In this document: positions 57,272-64,000 of the stretch, piece by piece
How positions within the stretch are numbered: the stretch's first letter is position 1
How the letters are laid out: every line of letters begins with the position of its first letter
From: Myxococcota bacterium
GTDB taxonomy: Bacteria > Myxococcota_A > UBA796 > CAJQPC01
Assembly (NCBI GenBank): GCA_036012755.1
Contig: DASCPX010000107.1
Coordinates: 23,828 to 87,827, forward strand
DNA length: 64,000 nucleotides
Direction of reading: 5' to 3'
Notes under the pieces: generated by a model
Database searches by the model: none
What the model saw: the letters and a program-made list of their open reading frames with translations, nothing else
Told to the model about the DNA's origin: nothing
Position numbers and translations under genes: made by a program

Positions 57272-58051
57272 TCAATAGAGCGTGTACTTCAAGACGCGCT
57301 CGACCTGGTTCCGCCGGATCGTCACCTCCAGCACCTTCTCCTTGCGCAGCCTGCGGTAGGCGCCGATGGCCTGCGCCACCGACGTGACGGTCTCCCCGTT
57401 CACCGCCAGCACCACGTCGCCGCCGCGGAAGCCCAGCTGGTAGAGGTCGTTGCCACAGCGCACGCGGCGGACGCGGAAGCCGATGATCTCGCCACCTTTG
57501 CCCTTCTGCCAGAAGGTGTCTGCGAGGGTCGCGGCCTGGCGGAGGTGGTTGACGTAGTGGTCGACCATCTCGCGCTTCACACGGTAGGTGTCATCGCCTT
57601 GGTCCTTGATGTCTGGGTTGTCCGGCAGACACTCCTGGGCCTTGGAGCCCTCGCCGTCCTGGGTCGGGCCCTTCGTCTTGCCCCCGCTCTTGATGCGGTC
57701 GACCTGCTCCTCGGTCGGCTGGGGCGCCCCCTCCTTGGGCGCCTCCTGCTCGCCTTTGTCCGTGTTGGCCTCCAGCGGTGACTCGGAGCCCTCCTCTTCT
57801 GAAGCGTCCCCGCTGCGACCCGGCGGCTTCATCAGCTCCTCGGTGATCTCACGGACCTGCTCGTCCGGATCCGGAAATGGAATCAGCGACATCGACGCCA
57901 TGTAGTGGGCGGTGCGTTCGGGGGGCTCATCGACCTCGAAGCCGAGCGTGCCGGCCTCGTAGGCGACCCCCATCGCCATGGGCAGGAGAAAGCACCCCGC
58001 CACGAAGCCATGGCAAACGAGCCACTGCAGCGCGCTGGTCAGCCGCCTCAC
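57272..58051 (-). CDS. Membrane-anchored protein with charged linker and GspC-like PDZ domain
   Basis: N-terminal TM helix; 'GFRVRRV...LGFRGGDVVLAVNG..V....A..AY..L....V.IRRN' pattern. Confidence 0.72.
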   Translation of the reverse strand: MRRLTSALQWLVCHGFVAGCFLLPMAMGVAYEAGTLGFEVDEPPERTAHYMASMSLIPFPDPDEQVREITEELMKPPGRSGDASEEEGSESPLEANTDKGEQEAPKEGAPQPTEEQVDRIKSGGKTKGPTQDGEGSKAQECLPDNPDIKDQGDDTYRVKREMVDHYVNHLRQAATLADTFWQKGKGGEIIGFRVRRVRCGNDLYQLGFRGGDVVLAVNGETVTSVAQAIGAYRRLRKEKVLEVTIRRNQVERVLKYTLY

Positions 58052-58058
58052 GGTGTCA

Positions 58059-59306
58059 TCACCCCAGCAGGATAGACCGCACCTCGTCCCGCCACAGCGA
58101 CCCCAGTGATCCGAGGCGCTCCACGAAGGGCTCCTCGAGGTCCTCTCGTCCGGACAGCTCGATGGCTCGCAGGGCGTAGCGCAGGATCTGGATGGCCTCG
58201 ATGCCCGGCGCGTCGAAGAACCACCCACAAGACGTGAACATCTTGAGGCGGCAGTCCAACAGCGCGCCGTCGACCTCGCCGAGGTCGTCCCGAAGGGCGT
58301 TCAGCGCAGCTCGGAGCTCGCCGCGCCACCGCCCGTTCGCGGGCCCGGCCAAGGCGCAGCCGCAGTCGCGCGACCAGCGCCCGACCCCGTGGGCGCAAGA
58401 CCACGAAGAGGGCAGAACGAGCAGGGCCTCGTGTCTGACCTCGTTGGCTGCCATCCAGGCAGCCGGGTTCGACAGCGCCACGTCGTCCCGACCCTCGAGC
58501 ACCTCGATGCAGCGGGCCAGCGCCATCTCGCCGTGTCGATGGTGGTGGCCGTAGGACTCTCCGTCGGTGGCTGCCATCGCGAAGCCCGGAGCCTGCATCA
58601 GGTGGTTCGCGTAGTCCTCGCCGTCGTGGAGGAGACCCTCGAAGGCGACCCCCTGCGAGACCGGGCCGTCGTAGAAGAAGACGACGATGTCCCGCCCGCC
58701 GGGCAAGGCCACACGGGCCGGCATGCCGGGAACCAGCGGCCCCCACTCCCCGCCAGCGCTGCGCATCTCGCGGCACTGCCCCGGTGCCAGGATCGTGAAG
58801 CCGATCCCGGCGGCGGCGAGGGCCACCAGGGTGGCGGTGTCCACCGCGGTCTCCGGAAGCCAGAGGCCCTCCGGGTCGCGACCGAAGCGCGCGACAAAGT
58901 CCTCGATGCCGCGCTCCACCTCGCGCTCCTTGTCCGCCTCCGAGGCCAGGGGAAGGATGGCGTGGTGGCAGCCCTGGGCGATGGCGTTCCCATGTCCCAG
59001 GCGTGCCGCCGAGGCCCGGTCCGCTCGCACGATCGTCTCGTGCACGTCGGGGGCGTGGCGCTCCAGCCACGAGGAGAGCGTCGGACCGACGTCGAAGCTG
59101 ATGTGCTCCCAGGTGGACAAGCGCCGACGCACGTCGCCGTCTTCACCGAGCAGCTTCGCGCGGCCGCTGGGGCGATAGCACTCGGCGGTGATGCGGTGGT
59201 TCCAGTCGGGCCAGGGCGCCGCGGTGGGCTGCCTGTCGATCCGCCCGGTCCAGGGGTTCTCTCGCGGCGGCTGGTAGAAGTGGCCGTGGATGCAGGCGAA
59301 CTTCAA
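58059..59306 (-). CDS. GH57-type glycoside hydrolase (N-terminal part of DUF3536-family proteins), short form
   Basis: IHGHFYQPPRENPW, HAILPLA, GLWLPETAVD, ATDGESYGHH, SWSCAHGVGRW and MFTSCGWFFD motifs. Confidence 0.88.
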   Translation of the reverse strand: MKFACIHGHFYQPPRENPWTGRIDRQPTAAPWPDWNHRITAECYRPSGRAKLLGEDGDVRRRLSTWEHISFDVGPTLSSWLERHAPDVHETIVRADRASAARLGHGNAIAQGCHHAILPLASEADKEREVERGIEDFVARFGRDPEGLWLPETAVDTATLVALAAAGIGFTILAPGQCREMRSAGGEWGPLVPGMPARVALPGGRDIVVFFYDGPVSQGVAFEGLLHDGEDYANHLMQAPGFAMAATDGESYGHHHRHGEMALARCIEVLEGRDDVALSNPAAWMAANEVRHEALLVLPSSWSCAHGVGRWSRDCGCALAGPANGRWRGELRAALNALRDDLGEVDGALLDCRLKMFTSCGWFFDAPGIEAIQILRYALRAIELSGREDLEEPFVERLGSLGSLWRDEVRSILLG

Positions 59307-61159
59307 CGGCGCCCTCGCCTGCGCAGGGGTGTGAGGAAGGTCAGTCCCAGCGGGGGCACACGGAGGCGGAGCGAGGCGGGTTGGTCCTGCCAGGGCTCGG
59401 CGACAGCCCGGGTGCGCGTGTTGACCACGTCGCTGCCGCCGTAGCTGGCCTCGTCGCTGTTGAGGAGCTCGCGCCACCAGCCGGCTTCCGGCACCCCGAC
59501 CTGGTAGTCCTCGCGCGGGATCGGCGTGAAGTTGGCGACGACGAGCACCGGGCGATGATCGGAGCCCATCCGGAGCATCGCGACCACCGACAGCCGGCCG
59601 TCGTCCAGCCCGCTCCAACAGACGCCGTCTGTGGACAGGTCGCCTGCGTGGAGGGCTCCGTTGCGGCAGTACAAGGCGTTGAGATCGGTCACGAATCTCT
59701 GGACGCCAGCGTGGTCCTCTTGCGCGAGCAGGGCCCAGTCGAGCTCTCGGTCGTGGCTCCACTCCTCCAGCTGAGCGAGCTCCATGCCCATGAACAGGAG
59801 CTTCTTTCCGGGCTGGGCGAACTGCCATCCGAAGAGCAGGCGGCAGCTGGCCAGCTTCTGCCACCGGTCCCCTGGCACCCGACCCATGAGCGAGCCCTTT
59901 CCATGCACCACCTCGTCATGGGACAGGGCGAGCACGAAGCTCTCCGAGTGGGCGTAGACCGAGCGGAAGGTGAGCTCGCCGTGGTGGTGCGTGCGATGGA
60001 TGGGATCCCGGGCGAGGTGGGAGAGCGTGTCGTTCATCCACCCCATGTCCCACTTCAGGCCGAAGCCGAGGCCGCCGTCGTAGGTGGGCTTCGAGACTCC
60101 GGGCCAGGCCGTGCTCTCCTCGGCGACGATGAGCACCTCTGGAAAGTCGCGATGGAGGACCTCGTTGAGCTCCTTCAAGAGCGAGACGGCTTCGAGGTTC
60201 TCGCGCCCGCCGTGTTCGTTCGGCAGCCAGTCCTCGCGGGAGTAGTCGAGGTAGAGCATCGAGGCGACGGCGTCGACGCGCAGCCCGTCTGCGTGGAACT
60301 CCTCGAGCCAGTAGCGGGCAGACGACAGCAGGAAGGAGCGCACCTCTGGCCGCCCGTAGTCGAAGACCGCCGTCCCCCAGTCCGGGTGCTCGCCGCGTCG
60401 GGGGTCCGGGTGCTCGTAGAGGGCGGTGCCGTCGAAGCGGTAGAGCCCGTGGTCGTCCTTCGGGAAGTGCGCCGGGACCCAGTCGAGCAGGACAGCGATG
60501 CCGCGCTGGTGGAGGTGGTCGATGAGGAAGCGCAGCCCGTCGGGATCACCGAAGCGCGCGGTGGGCGCGAAGTGCCCCAGGGCCTGGTAGCCCCACGAGC
60601 CGTAGAAGGGGTGCTCCATGACCGGGAGGAACTCGACGTGGGTGAACCCCATCTGGCGCACGTAGTCCGCGAGCGGCTCGGCGATCTCGCGGTAGGAGTA
60701 CTGGCGCCCATCGGGATGGCGCCGCCAGCTGCCGAGGTGGATCTCGTAGATGGAGATCGGCCTCTGGCGCCAGTCCGGAGCACGCCGCTTCATCCACCGA
60801 CCGTCTCGCCAGCGGTGGACCGAGGCGGTGATCCGAGAGCTGTTCCCGGGGGGGAGCTCCTGCGAGAACGCCATCGGATCGGCTCGGTCGACCCAGCTGT
60901 CGTCGGAGCCGAGCACTGCGTACTTGTAGTGGTGCCCCGGGCGGGCCTCTGGAACGCTCAGCGACCAGATGCCGTCGGCCGCGGCCATCGACAGCCCCTC
61001 CCAGGCGCTGAAGTCGCCCTTGACCATGACCTCTCGCGCGTTCGGCGCCCACACGGCGAAGCGCGTGCCCTGGCCCAATCCGTGGGCACCCAGGAAGGAG
61101 AAGATCCGGCTGTGGTGGCCCTCGTGGAAGCCCTGGATGTCGCCGGCGGCCAGCATCAC
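59303..61159 (-). CDS. glgB: 1,4-alpha-glucan branching enzyme
   Basis: FAVWAPNA, IYEIHLGSW, SWGYQ, DGLRVDAVASMLYLDYSR, AEESTAWP and LSHDEVVHGKGSL motifs. Confidence 0.97.
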   Translation of the reverse strand: MMLAAGDIQGFHEGHHSRIFSFLGAHGLGQGTRFAVWAPNAREVMVKGDFSAWEGLSMAAADGIWSLSVPEARPGHHYKYAVLGSDDSWVDRADPMAFSQELPPGNSSRITASVHRWRDGRWMKRRAPDWRQRPISIYEIHLGSWRRHPDGRQYSYREIAEPLADYVRQMGFTHVEFLPVMEHPFYGSWGYQALGHFAPTARFGDPDGLRFLIDHLHQRGIAVLLDWVPAHFPKDDHGLYRFDGTALYEHPDPRRGEHPDWGTAVFDYGRPEVRSFLLSSARYWLEEFHADGLRVDAVASMLYLDYSREDWLPNEHGGRENLEAVSLLKELNEVLHRDFPEVLIVAEESTAWPGVSKPTYDGGLGFGLKWDMGWMNDTLSHLARDPIHRTHHHGELTFRSVYAHSESFVLALSHDEVVHGKGSLMGRVPGDRWQKLASCRLLFGWQFAQPGKKLLFMGMELAQLEEWSHDRELDWALLAQEDHAGVQRFVTDLNALYCRNGALHAGDLSTDGVCWSGLDDGRLSVVAMLRMGSDHRPVLVVANFTPIPREDYQVGVPEAGWWRELLNSDEASYGGSDVVNTRTRAVAEPWQDQPASLRLRVPPLGLTFLTPLRRRGRR

Positions 61160-61203
61160 ACCTCCGGCCCGTCAGACCGCCGAGCCCCCACGCCGGCACG
61201 CAG

Positions 61204-61209
61204 TATCCT
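61204..61209 (+). promoter_or_regulatory. Candidate -10 box (TATCCT) of a leaderless transcript
   Basis: TAnnnT 5 nt upstream of ATG 61215; no strong SD. Confidence 0.4.
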
Positions 61210-61214
61210 GGACC

Positions 61215-62066
61215 ATGCTCACGCTCCTGGCCTGCACCCCGGAGACGCTCCTGCTCCAGGACGCAGGCAACTACACCTATGACGGCTCGCTGGAGATCCC
61301 GGGCCACGAGCTCGTGCCGCTCTCCGACAACACCCTCGACTGGTCCGGCGTGGACTCGGACCTTTCCTGCCACGAGCTCGACCCGGTCACCGACATCGAC
61401 AACGTCCAACTCCTGGTCTTCCCCGAGCTGGACGAGGCCGCGGTCGCCGCTGGCTTCGCCGAGGACAGCCTCAAGCAGGTCGACCTCGGCTCCTACGCCT
61501 CCTTGGATCCCCAGGGAGGCGTGACGAGCGCGGCCATCTCCGAGCTCACCTTCTTCGGCACGATCGTGAACCTCCAGGACGAGTTCGACGAGGGCAGCGG
61601 CACCTGGGTCGCCCTCCTCGGTCGGGGCACGGAGGTCGGGGTGGGGACCTACAGCATGGCCTTTCTCCGCCCGGACAGCTCGAGCAGCGAGACCCGCGTG
61701 GCCCTGGTCGGCGGGTGTGGTGTGCTCGAGTACGAGGTGGACGTCTCGGCCACGACCGAGCTCTCCGGCCGTGTCGAGGTCGTCGACTGGTCCGAGCTGA
61801 GCACGACGGGGCAGGGGAGACCCTTCGATCCCCTGGACGTCAGCGAGGTCATGCTCGCTCGCTTCGAGGACGGGACGGATCTCGAGGCCGACTTCCTCGA
61901 CCTGGAGCTCATCGCCGACGAGCTGGTGGTGCAGGACCACGGCGGCGGCACCTCGACCGAGCTCGATCTCTCGGTGGTGGACAGCGGCGAGACCTGGCTC
62001 CTGGCCCTCGGCTGCGACAGCTGCACGAGCCCGGCGCCGCTCTACATGACTCGACTCGTGCGCTGA
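61215..62066 (+). CDS. Hypothetical acidic lipoprotein with two related domains
   Basis: MLTLLAC lipobox; internal duplication (LDWSGVDSD..ELDP / VDWSELSTT..PFDP; TWVALL / TWLLAL). Confidence 0.75.
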   Translation: MLTLLACTPETLLLQDAGNYTYDGSLEIPGHELVPLSDNTLDWSGVDSDLSCHELDPVTDIDNVQLLVFPELDEAAVAAGFAEDSLKQVDLGSYASLDPQGGVTSAAISELTFFGTIVNLQDEFDEGSGTWVALLGRGTEVGVGTYSMAFLRPDSSSSETRVALVGGCGVLEYEVDVSATTELSGRVEVVDWSELSTTGQGRPFDPLDVSEVMLARFEDGTDLEADFLDLELIADELVVQDHGGGTSTELDLSVVDSGETWLLALGCDSCTSPAPLYMTRLVR

Positions 62067-62085
62067 GGGCGGGGATGAGACCCAG

Positions 62086-62102
62086 CCGCGACATTGTCGC
62101 GG
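62086..62102. promoter_or_regulatory. Perfect 8-1-8 palindrome CCGCGACA-T-TGTCGCGG (possible operator)
   Basis: Directly visible; 22 nt upstream of ATG 62125. Confidence 0.4.
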
Positions 62103-62124
62103 GGCCCTGCAGGTGAGGAGGAAC

Positions 62125-62247
62125 ATGACCTGTACACGACGACAGACGCTCCACGGACTGCTCGTCGCTCTCCCCCTTCAACCCCGGACATCAACAACCA
62201 GGAAGACTCCAACGGCTTCGATACACCACTTGACGGGACACAGCTGA
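62125..62247 (+). pseudogene. 5' stub of a probable Tat-exported protein gene, truncated by IS sequence
   Basis: GAGGAGG RBS; MTCTRRQTLHGLLVALPL then non-coding-like sequence; 40 codons. Confidence 0.45.
62222..62244 (+). mobile_element. IS256-family-like terminal sequence
   Basis: TACACCACTTGACGGGACACAGC resembles the TACACCAC...GGGACAC right ends I recall for IS256-family elements; unverified. Confidence 0.45.
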
Positions 62248-62389
62248 GAGCGCCCGGCGCGCACCAGCGCGACCATCTGCGCGCGGAACTCAGCCGGGTA
62301 CGGGGAACGATGTCGTTTGGCCATGTGACTCCTTTTCTCGAAAACGGAAAGGTGTCCACAAAACCGGGTTCACTCCAACTCCAACTCCA
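62245..62389 (-). mobile_element. IS3-family left-end remnant with truncated orfA
   Basis: TGGAGTGAACCCGGTTTTGTGGACACC IR-like end; AAGGAG RBS; ATG 62324 gives MAKRHRSPYPAEFRAQMVALVRAGRS, an OrfA N-terminus cut before the HTH. Confidence 0.75.
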
Positions 62390-62442
62390 GGCATCACCGG
62401 CTCTTTGCTCGGGGCGTGGCAAGGCGCTGATAGCGTCAGGGC

Positions 62443-63648
62443 GTGTTGCTCTTCCTCGCTTGTGGGCCCCCGTCGGTGCCGATGATGGTCGGCCCCATCG
62501 ACACAGGCGCGGACTGGGTCGACGAGGCCCCCGGCCCCGAGGGCATCGGCGAGGTCCCAGAGCTCGACGTCTTCTCGGAGGAGCTCATCCACAGCTTCGC
62601 GCTGGAGCTGGACAGCGACGCCCGGTACGCCCTGCAGCGCGACCCCTACGAGTGGGCCGAGGGGGTCTTCGTCGTGGCAGGGGTCCGGTACGAGGTCGGG
62701 GTGCGGGTGAAGGGCTCCAGCACCTACGAGTCCATCGACGACAAGCCCTCGCTCAAGCTCAGCTTCGACTTCGTCTCCGAGGGGCAGCGCTTCCACGGAA
62801 TGCGGCGCCTCAACCTGCACAACATGACGCTGGACCCGATGCTCTGCAGCGAGGTCCTCACCTGGGCCATCTTCCGCGCCGCGGAGCTCCCGGCGCCGCG
62901 GGTCGGCTACGCGCGCCTCGACATCAACGACGACGACCGCGGTCTCTACAGCGTCGTCGAGGACATCGAGGACGACTTCCTCGGGCGCTGGTTCGAGGAC
63001 TCGGGCGGCAACCTCTACGAGAACCGCGAGAACTACTGCGACCTGAGCTCGGTGAGCTGCTTCGAGGCCGAAGAGGACGACGAGGGCAACGATGACGCCC
63101 TCCAGGCACTGGTCGAGGCGGCAGCCCTGGAGGGCTCGGACTGGCTCGCCGCGATGCAGGACCAGATGGACTGGGAGCGCTTCGTGGGCTTCCTGGCGAT
63201 GGAGGCTGCCATCGCCCACTGGGACAGCTACAGCTTCGATGTGTCCAACTACCGCCTCTACCACGAGCCCACGGCCGACCGCTTCACCTTCATCCCCTGG
63301 TCCGGGGACCTCGGCTTCGGTTACCGGCCCTGGAGCTACCCGGACTGCGGCAAGCACGGCGTGGACCCCGGGGACTACGACATGGGCCGCCTCGCCGCCA
63401 GCTGCGAGGAGGTCTCCGAGTGCCACGAGGCGGTGCTCGACGCGCTCTTGGAGCAGGCCGATCTCCTGGAGGCCCTGGACGCCTCGACGATGGCCGCCGA
63501 GGCCCTCGACCGCGTGCGGGAACAGGCCGCGACAGATCCCGAGACCCGTAACGATATGGACCACTTCGAGGAGCACGGCCGGTGCGTGCAGGACTTCCTG
63601 GCTGGCCGTCCAGAGGTCATCCGCGACTGGGTGGCAAAGGAGCGCTAG
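62443..63648 (+). CDS. CotH-family kinase, lipoprotein
   Basis: MLLFLAC lipobox; VGVRVKGSST, KPSLKLSFD, GLYSVVE, HWDSY, NYRLY and FIPWSGDLGF motifs. Confidence 0.88.
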   Translation: MLLFLACGPPSVPMMVGPIDTGADWVDEAPGPEGIGEVPELDVFSEELIHSFALELDSDARYALQRDPYEWAEGVFVVAGVRYEVGVRVKGSSTYESIDDKPSLKLSFDFVSEGQRFHGMRRLNLHNMTLDPMLCSEVLTWAIFRAAELPAPRVGYARLDINDDDRGLYSVVEDIEDDFLGRWFEDSGGNLYENRENYCDLSSVSCFEAEEDDEGNDDALQALVEAAALEGSDWLAAMQDQMDWERFVGFLAMEAAIAHWDSYSFDVSNYRLYHEPTADRFTFIPWSGDLGFGYRPWSYPDCGKHGVDPGDYDMGRLAASCEEVSECHEAVLDALLEQADLLEALDASTMAAEALDRVREQAATDPETRNDMDHFEEHGRCVQDFLAGRPEVIRDWVAKER

Positions 63649-64000
63649 CCCGGCACGCGCATCCTGCTTCGCGCGGACTCCGGGTTCGCCCGCGATGCGC
63701 TGATGGCCTGGTGCGAAGACACGGCCGGCGTCGACTTCCTCTTCGGCCTGGCTCGCAACAACCGGTTGAGGGAGATGGTGAAGGCCGACCTCGACGCCGC
63801 GGGCGAGGAGTCGAAGGAGACGGGCAAGCCGGCTCGCCGGCTGAAGGAGCTGGTCTACGAGACGCTGAAGTCGTGGACGCGACCGCGCCGCGTCGTCGCC
63901 AAGGCCGAGGTCCTCGTCGACCGCGACAACCCGCGTTTCGTCGTGACCTCGCTGCCCATCGAGGAGGTGTCCACCGAGCGCCTGTACTGCGAGCTCTACT
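63649..64000 (+). mobile_element. IS1380-family transposase fragment (5'-deleted, runs off window)
   Basis: Frame reads PGTRILLRADSGFARDALMAWCE..GVDFLFGLARNNRL..SWTRPRRVVAKAE..NPRFVVTSL..LYCELY; N-terminal half absent. Confidence 0.88.

Noticed and set aside
348..63576. Many long antisense or alternate-frame ORFs (e.g. 7991-9826+, 14767-16668-, 36765-38885-, 53002-54900+, 59381-61282+)
   Set aside because: Shadow ORFs expected from high GC3; they overlap genes with clear family motifs and have Arg/Gly/Pro-rich or mirror-image composition.
56748..63648. Genome-wide TAG recoding suggested by in-frame TAGs at 56748 and 63646
   Set aside because: TAG ends several genes at their expected C-termini (e.g. 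tkt, the S1 protease, the TolB-like gene), so local mutation is more parsimonious.

Overview
High-GC (roughly 70% by eye), densely packed bacterial chromosome segment with about 58 intact CDS. No rRNA, tRNA or CRISPR array was seen. MYXO-CTERM-like tails, several Hanks-type kinases, an ECF/anti-sigma/caspase module and Asp-repeat lipoproteins point to a Myxococcota-like organism (inference). Housekeeping genes (mrcB, purMN, proS, tkt, dus, xth, glgB) are mixed with many envelope genes. Most notable: (i) a tightly coupled 11-gene operon (37983-49280) that wraps a family-5 peptide/nickel-type ABC importer in six uncharacterised exported proteins (TPR lipoproteins, beta-sandwich, putative outer-membrane barrel, TolB-like propeller); (ii) recurrent ultra-short signal peptides with no charged n-region, several on apparently leaderless genes; (iii) a receptor kinase with an exported helix-hairpin-helix domain; (iv) an ECF sigma/anti-sigma/exported caspase/lipoprotein operon; (v) an orphan pfaD-like enoyl reductase; (vi) an IS-scarred right end where a CotH gene abuts an IS1380 fragment in frame. 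All calls come from motif recognition by eye; no database searches were run. Many start codons were re-chosen from RBS or overlap evidence and are approximate.
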